From Octopus vulgaris (lineage: Eukaryota): a stretch of 64,000 bases of DNA. A program made the translations under genes and the position numbers. Below, one piece after another: positions 1-12,900 of the stretch. The notes below the pieces were generated by a model. It did not search any database and was not told the DNA's origin. It saw nothing but the letters and a program-made list of their open reading frames with translations. Location of the stretch: positions 47,492,001 through 47,556,000 of the forward strand of contig OX597831.1 of the NCBI GenBank assembly GCA_951406725.2, written 5' to 3'. Positions within the stretch are counted from its first letter, which is position 1, and each line of letters begins with the position of its first letter.

Positions 1-120
1 TCCGAAAGGATGAAAGGCAAAGTCGACCTCGGCGGAAATTGAACTCAGAATGTAACGGCAGACGAAATATGGCTACGTATTTCGCCCGGCGTGCTAACGT
101 TTCTGCCAGCTCACCGCCTT
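1..120 (-). mobile_element. SINE-A (tRNA-headed, Nin/Deu-like core), partial at window edge
   Basis: Reverse complement reads AAGGCGGTGAGCTGGCAGAAACGTTAGCACGCCGGGCGAAA...GTCGACTTTGCCTTTCATCCTTTCGG, matching more than 10 other copies in the window. Confidence 0.85.
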
Positions 121-265
121 ATTTGTTTTAGTTTCTGTCAATCAAATCCACTCGCAAAACTTTGGTTGGTCCGAGGCTATAGTAGAAGACACTTTCCAAG
201 GTGCTACATAGTGAAACTGAACTCGGAACAATGTAGCTGGCAAGCAGGCTTATAACCACAGCTAT
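121..265 (-). mobile_element. SINE-B 5' half, degenerate
   Basis: Matches the reverse complement of the SINE-B head seen at 10931 and 39480. Confidence 0.75.
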
Positions 266-277
266 ACATGCATACAT

Positions 278-665
278 GGAGGCGCAATGGCCCAGTGGTT
301 AGGGCAGCGGACTCGCGGTCGTAGGATCGCAGTTTCGATTCCCAGACCGGGCGTTGTGAGTGTTTATTGAGTGAAAACACCTAAAACTCCACGAGGCTCC
401 GGCAGGGATGGTGGTGATCCCTGCTGTACTCTTTCACCACAACTTTCTCTCACTCTTACTTCCTGTTTCTGTTGTACCTGTATTTCAAAGGGCCGGCCTT
501 GTCACTCTCTGTGTCACGCTGAATATCCCCGAGAACTACGTTAAGGGTACACGTGTCTGTGGAGTGCTCAGCCACTCACACGTTAATTTCACGAGCAGGC
601 TGTTCCGTTGATCGGATCAACCGGAACCCTCATCGTCGTAACCGACGGAGTGCTTCCACCATCAC
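278..665 (+). mobile_element. SINE-C, tRNA-derived, CpG-rich, near full length
   Basis: A-box-like TGGCCCAGTGG and B-box-like GTTTCGATTCC. Head shared with 36881; body shared with 62625-62727 and 41055-41160. Resembles the octopus OR-type SINEs from memory (unverified). Confidence 0.75.
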
Positions 666-869
666 CACATACATACATACATACATATAGGTAAATTGAA
701 AATAAACAAAAAAACAGCGAAAGTCAAAAGGGCGTACACATGAAATGCATTAGGTTGACGCTCGCGATGAGGGATCAGTTTCTGACTGAAGAATGAAGGC
801 TTTGAATGACCCGTTTGTCTTTTTGTTCGTCCCTTCGTGTATTTCACGTTATTTATTTATGTAAAGGTT

Positions 870-933
<64 letters not shown>

Positions 934-1041
934 TATATTAAATTAGAGACAAAACCACTATTATGCAAATCAAACAAACAAAGACTTAATCCAATACATA
1001 AATTAATTTATATTATTTAGAAATTTAACAATTATTAATAT

Positions 1042-1105
1042 CCACTACGATCGTTTCATGTCTTCTTTTCATCACATCTTTGAGTAGTAGACATTCTTCA
1101 GGTGG
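1042..1105 (-). ncRNA. Minimal type-I hammerhead ribozyme with intact core, in a Penelope-like pLTR remnant
   Basis: Minus strand reads CCAC-CTGAAGA-ATGTCT..AGACAT-GAAAC-GATC-GTA-GTGG: stem I CCAC/GTGG, stem II ATGTCT/AGACAT, palindromic stem III ACGATCGT, GUA cleavage triplet. Confidence 0.8.
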
Positions 1106-1378
1106 TTTCAAATATTCTTGGCGGCTGGTGCGATATGAACATTTAAGGTGGTTTTTAGAGTCAGGGTTTGACTGCTATTTCGGCATGGTGGTGTCTCTCA
1201 GATACCCTTATTTATAGTTGTGAAAAAAAAAAAATTAATGTTTGTTTTTAATGTTATAAAAACAAAGTTACAATAAATTGAAGAATTACTCAATACAGCT
1301 GGTAGAGTACAAGTTTATTAGTCTTTAACAAGAATAGTATTGACAGTGCTTTTGAAGTTTCAGCTGTGTGTGTGTGTG

Positions 1379-1432
<54 letters not shown>

Positions 1433-1926
1433 TCGAGCTTTCTCACAGTTTCCGTCTACCAAATTCATTTACTGGATTTGAGTTGGCCCAGAGTTATAAT
1501 AGAAAACACTTGCCCAGTATACCATGCAGTAAGACTGAACTCAAAATCAGGTGCTTGCAAAATGTATTTCTTAATTCTATAATATTTCGGGATAACTGTG
1601 TCCCCTTTTCGAATAAAGAAAACAGAACAACCGGAAAAGTTGTTACTATGGGAAAACCATCACAGTCTTATACAGTGCATGATTAATTTCTTAACATACT
1701 TAGGTCAAACTTTTATATTTGGTGGTCCATGGAGTTTGTCCTTGTGAATTTAGTGGACTTCCTCCTGAAAGAGGTTGTGATATCACTGTTATAGGGTCTT
1801 ACTATGCATAATAGTTTTATATCATGATACTATAGCAACAAAATTGTTATAAAGAAAATATATCTTCTTTACTGGGTATGCAACTGTCACGTAACACACT
1901 TAAAGAATAAAAGAATAAAAGAATAA

Positions 1927-2297
1927 AACAAGAACACTCAGAGAGCGCAAACCTCCGCCAAGGCAACACCAATGTCCTCTCAACGATTAATCAGAGATGA
2001 TTTAAAAAAATGAAAATATCTGAAATAAACTCGACTGCTCTCACAAATGAGAATACTAAAAATGAACCCAACCGCTTTCAAAAATTAAGTAAAAAAGAAA
2101 AAACCGGAAAAATAGTTCAGAATCCTTGTTTGGTACCAGATCGATCCCAAAATCTAATCAGTTTGTGCCAGTCATGAGGCCAAACATCCCTGAAAGTTTC
2201 ATCCGAATCCATCCAGCGGTTCTTGAGATATCTTGTCCACGGACAAACAAACAAACACGACTGAAAATAACACCTCCGCCTTCGAAGGCGGAGGAAA
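1927..2297 (+). mobile_element. Non-autonomous Helentron/DINE-like element
   Basis: Subterminal motif ACCTCCGCC near the left end is repeated in the terminal hairpin ACCTCCGCC-TTCGAA-GGCGGAGG. An (ACAA)n tract precedes the hairpin. No ORF. Confidence 0.6.
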
Positions 2298-2553
2298 TTA
2301 TTTTAAGCAAAATATCATACGATTGAGGAGGTCTCTGATTAAAGGCCTTCCAATAGTGACCATCTTGTATTCTGTTCAGACATAGAGTATCTAAGACAAG
2401 TTACGTCCAGATTATTCATGATGCTATGAGAACAACATTGTTAAAATGACAACTGACTACGTTTGAGAGGTGCGTAGTGCATATGTAGCATATCCGGAGT
2501 GAACCTTTGCTGACCAGTGGAATGATTTCCTTGTAGATTAGGTCTAGTCTGTC

Positions 2554-2605
2554 TTTGTTTGTTTGTTTGTTTGTTTGTTTGTTTGTATGTATGTATGTAT
2601 GTATG

Positions 2606-2639
<34 letters not shown>

Positions 2640-2840
2640 TGTATGTATGTATGTATGTATGTATGCATGTATGTATATATGTATGTGTGTGTGTGTGTCT
2701 ATGTATGTGTGTATGTATGTATGTATGTATGTATGTGTGTGTGCGTGTGTGTCTATGTATGTATGTATGTATGTATGTTTGATTAAGCTTCGTGCAAAGG
2801 CCATACTCGATAACGAGGGGGAAGCCACCATGTATGTATG

Positions 2841-2874
<34 letters not shown>

Positions 2875-2900
2875 CGTATATGTGTGTGTATGTATGTGTG
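2554..2900. repeat. Compound (TTTG)n/(TATG)n microsatellite with a short embedded RTE-like 3' tail (~2779-2830)
   Basis: Tandem repeats seen directly; they explain the YIHT/MYVC ORFs. Confidence 0.9.
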
Positions 2901-3022
2901 AGCAAGCTTCTGTTGGCGTTGGCGCGTTCAAGAATAAACTAGTTGTGATATATAGTTAATATTGCCCTTTTCTTTGATATTTCGTACACATTTCCCTTTA
3001 AATTTCTTGATTTACTTTTACA

Positions 3023-4720
3023 ATGCCGAAAAGCAAGGATTACCCTTTTCCAAAAAAGAAAACATTCTTTGTACCAACAGATCACAGTTATGCAGATGTC
3101 TCTCTGGTGCTTGGAGATAGGTCAGATATTAAAGGTCATTTGAAATCTCAATGGCACAAAGAAATGTTGTTGCTAGTTGGTCACGATAAGATATATTTTA
3201 TAAAACCAGAAATAAGGATTATTGGAGCTTGTCATTGTCGCTAAAGAAACCACTTTTGATTTTGATACACTTTTACCAAGATTGAGTTTCAAGACATCTG
3301 ACCGTTCATGAAAGTTGGTCTCAAAACTTTTTGAACCAAAGTTTCGCCTAGGGTGGACAAAATATGCGGCCGAAATTTTAAATGTAATTGCGCCAATTGC
3401 TCAGCTTGGTAAATTTGTGACAACTTTTATGGATGCTTAGAATCGAAAAGATGTTGAAAGGATACTTTTCATCATTTGATATTACTTTCCTGGTCAGTAA
3501 GATACAAGTTAAATTTTGTGTTATGCAGACTTCCAGTTAAGATGGCTGAGATCTTGACTAATGCCTTAGAGTCAGTTATTGTCAACCACGGGTTGACAGA
3601 ACAACTGCAACGCAAATTTTGGTGATGTAGAACGAAAGAAGCAAAAACAATCTGTTTATCTGATTAAAAACGAAATTTGCAAGGGACCTTGTTGGGATTA
3701 GCTGTGCTGCACACCTTGTGTACAGCTATTTCCAAACAGTTGTTGATGCATTACCAACTGATATCGCAGCACTTGTTGTAAAAATTTTAAAACATTTTCA
3801 CATCTATACAGTTCGTGTAGCACAGCTAAAAAAATTTAATGACTTCGCCAGACTGGAATAAAAAACGTTATTACATGGTAATACAAAATTTTGTCAATGC
3901 TACAAAGAATGCTATCCGAAACTTATAAATCAATTCTTTGAATTTTGGAGAAATGTATTTATGGTTTATGCAGAGACTGCTTGGTCATTTCAACAGATCG
4001 TTTCTGGCTATATAGAAGGACAATTTTAATGCACATATATCAAAGAAATGCAAAATCTGATTACAAATATAGAAAAAAGACAAAAAAAACCCAGCTATGA
4101 ATTGAAGAAAACTGTGATAGTAATGAAAAAATGAAGAGAGAATTTAAAGTTTTTTGAGAGATGTCTCTCGTACTTAGACCAGCGGGGAGAGAACTTTGAA
4201 CAGGTAGAATACTTTGAGTGATTAAATTCTTGGAACATATCTTGGCCGAATGTGGAGTAGTCTGCATTTAAGGGGAATTTACCAAAGGATTGGAAAGCGA
4301 GTAATAAATTTTAATAAATTATTTCATAGAATTGTTATTACACTGATCTTTTAGGTTTCTAAGGCTGAAGGCTGGACAACACAGAACTTTAAGTATGAAG
4401 ATAAGTGACATTTTAATTTTGTTTCGATTGGGTGGGGCGGTATTGCAAAGAAAAAAACGTATATTAGTTAAAAATCTAAGCTCTTTAATAAAGAGTATTC
4501 TTTGTCTTCTTGGTACTTCTGCACCAGTTGAATGAATATTTTCTGTAAGAAATAATGTGCGATCAGACGAAAGTAGCAACATGGCAAGAGCTAGCCAGGA
4601 GATTTCTGATGACTAAAATAAACATTTTACTAAGCTAATCTGGATCTTTTTGATAAAATTAAAAATGACAATGAATTCCTTAGAAAAGTAGTTTCAAGTG
4701 AAAAATATGAAATACTTGAT
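3023..4720 (+). pseudogene. Decayed hAT-superfamily transposase
   Basis: Broken frames give DIKGHLKSQWHK (BED-finger-like), GISCAAHLV (CxxH), LVVKIFKHFHIYTVRV and C-terminal GTSAPVE*IFS (hAT dimerisation motif S..ER.FS). Many stops and frameshifts. Confidence 0.75.
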
Positions 4721-5254
4721 AATAAAGACATGTTTTTAATTTAATTTATATTTAAATCCTACTGTTACACTTGAAAACATTTTACATGCATGTGCTGTCA
4801 AATAGAGACTGCTTTGTGCAACTTCTGTTTCTGTTCCCCGCCGTTCAGTCAAACTCTCAATCTTCTAAGTGAAAGATAAAGTGTGCATCTTACCAGCAAA
4901 CAATGTATCACTTCAACACTTCCTAGGAACAGCCTTCCTATTAAAAGAAAGCATGCGATTATGCTAATATATTTGCAGTAAAATATTCCCCAAACCCACG
5001 GTCTGATGGAGGAAGGAAACTTGCTTTCATTTAATATACCCTCTTCAGATTTTGTGTGATATTCCTACTTCTATCGGTTTCAACTCACATTTACTCCAGT
5101 TTCACCTTGAATATTATGGTAAGCGCGTGTACATAAATATATAGACAGACAGACAAATAGATAGATACTTAGATAAATATAGTCAATATATAAATATATG
5201 TACATATGTGTATATATGTATATGAGTGTATTCAATATATGTACATGTGTGTGC

Positions 5255-5428
5255 ATGCATGCTGGAGCACCACCTTTAGTCGAGCAAATCGACCCCAGGA
5301 CTTATTCTTTGTAAGCCTAGTACTTATTCTATCGGTCTCTTTTGCCAAACCGCTAATGTTACAGGGACATAAACACACCAGCATCGGTTGTCAAGCGATG
5401 TTGGTGGGACAAACACAGACACACAAAT

Positions 5429-5473
<45 letters not shown>

Positions 5474-5638
5474 CGACGGGCTTCTTTCAGTTTCCGTCTA
5501 CCAAATCCACTCACAAGGCATTGGTCGGCCCAAGGCTATAGTAGAAGACACTTGTTGAAGGTGCCACGCAGTGGGACTGAACCCAGAACTATATGGTTGG
5601 TAAGCAAGCTACTTCCCACACAGCCACTCCAACGCCTA
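5255..5638 (-). mobile_element. SINE-B, near full length
   Basis: Reverse complement of the 10931-11346 type, with an internal (CA)n(TA)n tract. Confidence 0.9.
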
Positions 5639-5989
5639 TATATTTATATATATATATATATCATACAGAAATCAAACTTACAATGAGATACAGTCAGAAA
5701 CATAAATAATGTGAAAGGTCAAAGGAAAGTAAAGTAGAAAAATTTTCAGAAGGTTAGGAGTATTCTTCCGTCAAGTATAAATTCTATTTTGTTTTCGCAT
5801 GATTAAATATTGGCAATAATACAAAAGGATACCTAATACTTACGAATAAAAACATCCTATGCAGTACTTTGGCGCAGTGAACTGTGAAGGCATCCTACAT
5901 TAATTTCTCTTCCATAAGAAATGTCATGGGCCTGTTGTTGGTCATTTCGAAATCTGTAACTAATAACGTTAATGTTCACGTTGTAATAT

Positions 5990-7070
5990 ACTTAAATACG
6001 TTTCGGCCAGAATTGGTCCCGACTATGTCCAAGTAGCATCACCTGGAAAAGACATTTAATGATGTTTCATATTACAGTCATTCTTTGGGCATCATAGCCC
6101 ATTCGAGTAAAGAGTTATTATTTGCAGAGATATACCTGGGTGTTGGTGGTTTATCTTGAATTTATTGGAGATATTCGTCCAGGACCTGTGTGAATGTTAT
6201 GAGCTCTTTCTCGTTTCTAATGTGTCGTGGCATGATATTAAAAAGAGCAGGGTCAGTAGAGGTGAAACAGTTCTGTCTTAATGTGATGCGAGCATGATTT
6301 TTGTAGAGGAGTGCTGTTGGGATATTTTCCACATTAAAATGATCTAGCGCTCATTGTGGCATTGTGGGGAATAAAATTTGAGTTTCTCGAGATGATCCCA
6401 ATGATCAAGACTTCTTATCTCATCTGTTTTCCTTGTGATCGATCCCTGGGGTGTTTCAATTGTTATAATATTTTGTTTTGTGTAGGTAACCACAGCAAAC
6501 AACAGCATTCAAGGTGAGGACGTACGAGGGTGGAGAAGAGAAGGATAATGGTGGAAGCGTCTCTCGACCGAAAGTTCCTGAGGATCCAAGTGCATGCCTT
6601 GCAAGTCATGACGATTTCGTTGTTTATGTGGGCACTTCAGTCCACAAATACAACGACATTGTTGTCGACGGTTACTCCGAGGTCCCGAGCGGTGTTTGAC
6701 ACCACGAGGTTTTCACCCGAGGAAACGGTGTATGATAGCGTAAGTGCAACCTCTTTACCGAAGCGGATTAATTCAAATTTATTCTCGTTTAGCTGCATAT
6801 TGTGTTTTTCCGCCTATGAGATAAAAGCGAATAGACCCAATTGGAGATTAGTCCAGTCTCCTGCCCTGCTGACGACCTTCAGAAGCTTAGAAGTATCCTC
6901 GAAAATTCTAATGCTGCTGTGTTTAATGACATTAATGATGCCATTGATGTGAATAATGGAAAAGAGAGGGTCCAATATGGGTGCCTTGTGAGACTCCACT
7001 GATTACTCTTGCCGAACTTGATCGAACACCATCTATCACATGCTGGGTCCTGTTCACTCAATCCACTGAT
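5990..7070 (-). mobile_element. CR1/L2-like LINE, 5'-truncated (RT C-terminal half plus 3' end), decayed
   Basis: GVSQG..IGP, IRIFEDTSKL (FADD-like), MQLNENKFELI, LVRPHLECCCLLW. 3' terminus at 5990-6045 matches the LINE 3' end at 60153-60212. Confidence 0.8.
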
Positions 7071-7207
7071 TTAATTGAAGTGATGCCTGCAGACGCAAGG
7101 ACATTTGTGTTTAGAGAAAAACAAACTTCATTTAATGTTTAAAATACGATGAAAGCATTTTTGGTGGGATTGTTCTAATAATTTGAAATATCTTTCATAA
7201 CACGTCC

Positions 7208-8740
7208 ATGTTTCAGAGGAATACAACAGGGATGGTAAGACAAATGATTTGTAAAGAGCCCATTTTGTGTGGTTATTTATATGTCATTGGCGCCAAATGC
7301 GTGACTCCAGACCATCAAATGCTTGTGCTGCCCTTTGAATTCGCAGATGTAGTTCTGTGTCCAGATTTCTATAATTTTGTACCGAGCTTCCAAGGTAGAT
7401 GAAAGAATCAACAACCTCAAGTAACTTACCCGTAAAAAAATTTTAGTGGGGCTGCAAACAACACTACATGCAGGTTGATACATTGCAACTGTTTTTTTCA
7501 AGTCGATGGTCAAGCCAAAATTATCACAAGCTAAGTTAAATGCAGATACAAGAGATTGCAGGTCTGTTCCAGAGTGACTGACTATATCGCAATCGTCTGC
7601 GTATAAGAATTTCTTAATGAGTGAAGTAAAAACCTTTATTTTGAATTTCTGTCTGGTTAAATTAAAAACATTCCCAGCTATTCGATATGTTATGTAAATA
7701 CTCTCCTCGGAGTTTTGAAAAGCGTGTGACATCACAATAGCAAAGTATATTGCAAAGAGAGTGGGTGCATCAAGGTCTCCTTGCTTTACTCCATTTTCCA
7801 CGGCAAAAGATTCAGGGAACCTACCACCAAAATTAACTCTAGCTTTCATATCTTAATGCAAATCCCTGATCATGTTTACAAATTTTTCTAGGCGACCTAT
7901 TTTCTTTAGAATTAACCACAGAGCATTACGATTAACATTATCAAATGCTTTGCTCAAACCAACAAAGCAATGATATAGAGCAAGATTCTGTTCAATGCAC
8001 TTTTCCTGAAATTGTCTGATAGTAAAGATACAATCAACAGTGCCCTGGAAGAGCGTAAACCACGATGAGACTCAGACACCATATTTGGAACTATGAAGGT
8101 ATTTAAACATTCTAACAGAATGCGGGTAAGTACCTTTCCAACTACAGACAAAAACGAAATCCCACAAAAATTACTACGCAGCGTTTTTGGCCCCGATTTA
8201 TACAAGGAGACTAAAATGGCATCAATCCAGTCTTGAGGCACTTTCTCAGATCTCCAACAGTGACAAATTAATATATTTAAGAGTTCAAACATTTTGTCAC
8301 CCCTATATTTCAAGACTTCTGCACAGATTCCATCAGACCCTGGAGACTTATTTCTATTCAGCTTATTCACAGCTAAATAGAGATTTGGTTTAAATGCTGT
8401 CTCCCCAATAACTGGAAGATGTTCAATTTTTTCTATCATCCTCATGTCAGCGGATGATGGTCTATGCAAAAGTGAAGAAAAATGTTCTATCCATCGATTA
8501 TGAATAGAAGCGGTGTCAGTCAGAAACAAACGTCCATTTTCTGTTCTCACTGGAGCTATTGAAGAAGATTTTGGACCATATACCTCTTTAACACGAGTAC
8601 AAACCCTTGGCATCATTTCTATCAACTGCTTCTTGTGCCCCTTTTGCTCTATCATTCCACCATTCCTGTTTAATTTTCCTAAGAGCAGTCTGCACTTTCC
8701 TTTCCAGCTTTCTGTAAGCTTCCTTTGAGTTGGGGTTCAA
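7208..8740 (-). mobile_element. RTE-clade LINE reverse transcriptase fragment, frameshifted
   Basis: ORFs 7954..8655 (KSPGSDGICAE, PQDWIDA, GISFLSVVGKVL) and 7277..7849 (GVKQGD..APTLF, FLYADD). Confidence 0.9.
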
Positions 8741-8764
8741 GGACTGAGAAAGAAGTGCGTTGCC

Positions 8765-8932
8765 AGGTCGCTCTTGAGTGCTGCTGGTAGCATGTAATCC
8801 AGTACAACCTGTCCCATGGTCGGGTTGTCGTCGACTAAACTGGCAACCCCACCAGGCTTGCTTGGTGAGGAGGGTGATTGTTGGACACCCAGCAGGACAA
8901 AAAATAAGACCCACCAAAGGGCGGAGGAACTC
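8765..8932 (+). repeat. Interspersed repeat G (SINE/LINE 3' portion) followed by (TACA)n
   Basis: Second copy at ~47430-47615 (ACTAAACTGGCAACCCCACCA.GCTTGCTTGGTGAGGAG); both are followed by (TACA)n. Confidence 0.65.
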
Positions 8933-9581
8933 ACATACATACATACATACATACATGCACGCACACACACGCACACACACATACACACACAAGCACACAG
9001 AAGTTCATCACCAAATATATTTATATGCTTTTCATTTAAATTCATGCTAGATTTGGCATTGTTTAATTAATGATCAAATGAATGCAACAATTAACAGTAA
9101 CTGCATAAACTTTTCATTGTTAGACATCAACTCAAGCACTATGACTTGTTAAGAACGTAAAAAGTTTTTTTTTCCTTTTTGTTTTTAATTAGAATATTTT
9201 ATTCCTTCTAACTACTAATTAAGTTTCACAGGACTTTACCGAACAGTTTAAAGGAAATTTTAATTCAGCATTCTTTATTTCTATTCAAATTTGTGTGTAT
9301 GTGTGTGTGCGCGCTGCTTTATGTTTTACCATTATGCTTTCTTTAGCTGCTGTAAAATATCTCTGATTCTATCTAATAAATCTTATTCCTAATCAAACGA
9401 TTTTGAGAAGTTAATCATTACTTGAATTAAGTTATCCTGCCTTCACGATGTGCAAAGATATCAACTTAAGAAAATTACCAACTTTTATAATGCTACGAGA
9501 AAGTTATGTGGGCATTTAAAAAAATTTTTGACTTTTTTTATTCTGACAATTTAGTTTTATTTATGTCTTTTTTTATAACAT

Positions 9582-10040
9582 TGTAACACGATGTTTGTCC
9601 TCGGGTAGCTGCAGCTATTTTCTATTTGCTTACCTCTAGAATGTATAAAAATTGGCTGTTTCCTTCAAACTTCGCTTTTGTTAGGATACACGTTTTAGCA
9701 GATGTTATCAGAGAGTACTTTTTTGCTCTTGTCTTGATAAATCTGCTACAGGCAGCAAAATGCGTCTGCTGGTTGCTTACAACCAAATGATGCCATCTGT
9801 GATGCTTGAAGCTATCAAAGATGACGTGTCTTCACTTGGACAGCTAAAAGCAAACTGAACTATTGAGCTTACGATCCCTGTATATACTGCCTTCTGCGTT
9901 GCGAGAACGTTCTAGAAATTCTTGAAACTTTTAGAAACTTCTTGAAAGTTCTTGAAATTTCTTGAAAGTTCTAGAAAATTTTGCTTCAGCAAATCAACGC
10001 TGGATCTGTCTGAAATGTAATAGAAAATAGATCAGTTTCA
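9582..10040 (-). mobile_element. Possible solo LTR
   Basis: Termini TGTAAC...GTTTCA (imperfect TG..CA inverted ends), flanks TAACAT/AAACAT, internal 10-11 bp TTCTTGAAA/TTCTAGAAA tandem repeats, TATA-like motif ~9880. Confidence 0.4.
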
Positions 10041-10149
10041 AAACATTGATGCCCTGATCACAAAAGCAAAGTTTGAAGGGAATAGTAGTCATTTCCTTTG
10101 ATTTCTAGATAGAAGCACACAGGAAATAACACTTACTGACCAAAGACAA

Positions 10150-10272
<123 letters not shown>

Positions 10273-10279
10273 ATTGTTG

Positions 10280-10440
10280 CACAGGAGTGTGGTAAGAAGC
10301 TTGCTTTTCAACCACATGGTTCCAGGTTCAGACCCACTGTGTGGTACCTTGGGCAGATGTCTTCTACTATAGCCTTGGGTGGACCAAAGCCTTGAGAGTG
10401 GATTTGGTAGACGGAAACTGAAAGAAGCCCATCGTGTATA
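10280..10440 (+). mobile_element. SINE-B 5' half
   Basis: Matches the SINE-B head. Confidence 0.85.
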
Positions 10441-10930
10441 TATATATATAATACATACATGTGTATAAATCATATACAAAGAGGACAACCACTGAGTGGT
10501 CCCCTTGCATGCTGAAAAGAGATGCCAAAACCCCAAACCACGAAAAATATATTCTTATTTATAACATGTTGGATGTAGGTGAACAAGACAATTTCAAAAA
10601 ATTGAAATGACAATTTATTTCTCTACCCCGAAGTTTTACCATTAATAATTAAATAATTTAATTATCTGTGGATCAGATAATTGTGTAGACACTGCTGGAG
10701 ACATATAATTATAAAATATAAATACATACCATATGCCAGAGGACACACGTGCATATCGAGTATTATTATACATCGTGAATTCAATTCTAATATCCTCAAC
10801 AAGACCTGTGAGAGGAAGCTTTCCCCCAGGGAGACATAAGCTAGAATCTTATAGTATAGAAAAGTCATCGATGGCCTAAGCTCTCATAGGGAGCGAAATA
10901 TATCCTTTCAAAAAAAGAATGATTAAATGT

Positions 10931-11346
10931 ATAGGCGCAGGAGTGGCTGTGTGGTAAGTAGCTTGCTAACCAACCACATGGTTCCGGGTTCAGTCCCACT
11001 GCATGGCATCTTGGGCTAGTGTCTTCTGCTATAGCCCCGGGCCGACCAATGCCTTGTGAGTGGATTTAGTAGACGGAAACTGAAAGAAGCTTGTCGTATA
11101 TATGTATATATATATATGTATGTGTGTGTATGTGTTTGTGTGTCTGTGTTTGTCCCCCTAGCATTGTTTGACAACCGATGCTGGCGTGTTTACGTCCCCG
11201 TCACTTAGCGGTTCGGCAAAACAGACCGATAGAATAAGTACTGGGCTTACAAAGAATAAGTCCTGGAGTCGATTTGCTCAACTAAAAGCGGTGCTCCAGC
11301 ATGGTCACAGCCAAATGATTAAAACATGTAAAAGAGTAAAAGAGTA
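10931..11346 (+). mobile_element. SINE-B, full length (tRNA-like head, internal TA/TG tract, LINE-like tail)
   Basis: TAGGCGCAGGAGTGGCTGTGTGG...GGTTCAGTCCC...GGTGCTCCAGCATGG...AAAAGAGTAAAAGAG; about 20 copies or fragments in the window. Confidence 0.9.
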
Positions 11347-11467
11347 AATATTTAAAATACTGATTGACATACATGATTGGATTAAATAAATTGTAATGAT
11401 TGTCGTGTAAATTCCTTATGGAGTATGTTCATTAGTTAAATTGGATTGTAAGATAGAGAGAGGAGAA

Positions 11468-11678
11468 TTCTTTCTAATTTTGGTCCAAGACCAGCGGAAA
11501 GTGGGCAAGTTGGACACATTGACCTTAATACTTGACTGGTTCTTATTTTATTGGCCATGAAAGTATGATAGATAATGTCAACTAAGGCAAAATTTGAACG
11601 CAGAACGTAAAGATCCAGATGAAATGTTGCTCAATGTTTTGCCTGCTGTGCTAATGATTTTGTCAGCTCACCACCTTA
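11468..11678 (-). mobile_element. SINE-A, old diverged copy
   Basis: Similar to the other SINE-A copies. Confidence 0.7.
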
Positions 11679-12496
11679 TAATGATGAAAGAACATCATAA
11701 AAATGATATGTAAATCAGGAATTAGACCACATACTGTTTGCAAAATAGGATTTTTCTTACCCAAAGGAAAATAAAATTTTGTAATAATTTACTCTGATGA
11801 TGGCACGAAGAAATGAATTTGAATTTTATGTGTAACATTAGCAGCATTAAAATACTGCATTTTCCGTTTTTTTTATACAAAAAATTACACAAATAGTAAC
11901 AGATTGAAAAAAGATGCTATTTTTACACAAAATAGCATTTTTTTCCCAATCTATTAATATATTAAGATTAGTTGCTATTATTGTGCTTCTAAGTTAATTA
12001 AATTATATGTATAAGAAATTTTTTTATGGATTTTCATTATATTATTAGAAAGAAGTTTGCGATATGCCAAAATTGCTAGTTGCATGAATATTTTTAGTCT
12101 TAGATGAAATATGAATATGTTTGGAATTTCTGACAGATCTATATTTAGAATGTCTTGAATATTGTTGGAATATTTACCACATCTTGACTTTTTAATCATA
12201 TGAAAGTCAAAATGTTGCATTCAAATGATTTCAGAGCATTTTAAAAATATTAGCTTTTTTTTGTGTTTCCACAATTCTGATGTTTTTATTGGAATGTTCC
12301 ACCAATCTTCCATATTTTGACAACTGTGGATGCATTCTGCTTCTGAGGTATATTTGATATTGCAAAGAGGACAATCCTTCCAACAGATGGGATTGTAAAT
12401 ATTTTTGATAAGATCTAGTATCATAGGAAGATAGTATCTTGCACTGGAAGGGGCCAAAACACTTACAATGCTGTTTCACTACCTGACCCAAACCAA

Positions 12497-12900
12497 CAAT
12501 TTTGGCTCAACACCGGCAATTTTGGCCCAAGATCAGAATTTTGGCCAAAGACCAGCAATTTTGGCCCAAGATCAGCAATTTTGGTCCAACACCAGCAATT
12601 TTAGCCCAAGGTCAGAATTTTGGCCAAAGACCAACAATTTTGGTCCAAGATCAGCAATTTTGGTCCAACACCAGCAATTTTGGCCCAAGACCAGAATTTC
12701 GGCCCAAGATCAGAATTTTGGCCAAAGACCAGCAATTTTGGCCAAAGACCAGCAATTTTGGCCTAAGATCAGTAATTTTGGTGCAAGACAGCAATTTTGG
12801 CCCAAGACCAGCAATTTTGGTCCAAGATCAGCAATTTTGGTCCAAGACCAGTAATTTTGGCCCAAAATCAGAATTATGGCCAAAGACCAGCAATTTTGAG
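12497..12900. repeat. ~20-21 bp minisatellite, consensus TTTTGGCCCAAGACCAGCAA, about 19-20 units
   Basis: Contiguous degenerate tandem units with no spacers. Confidence 0.9.

Noticed and set aside
278-355. tRNA gene (also at 36881, 48349 and the SINE-A/B heads)
   Set aside because: Only A/B-box-like heads continuing into repeat bodies; no convincing full cloverleaf.
2416-2931. YIHT/MYVC repeat ORFs (also at 31275, 37736, 43083 and 47436)
   Set aside because: Translations of (TACA)n and (TA)n tracts.
11790-11815. CTGATGA as a hammerhead core or snoRNA box (also at 12949)
   Set aside because: No properly placed stem II, GAAAN..NUH or stem I partner.
12497-12900. CRISPR-like array, or repeat-protein ORFs 12468..12854 and 12502..12930
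   Set aside because: Units are contiguous with no unique spacers, there are no cas genes, the context is eukaryotic, and the ORFs are by-products of a stop-poor repeat.
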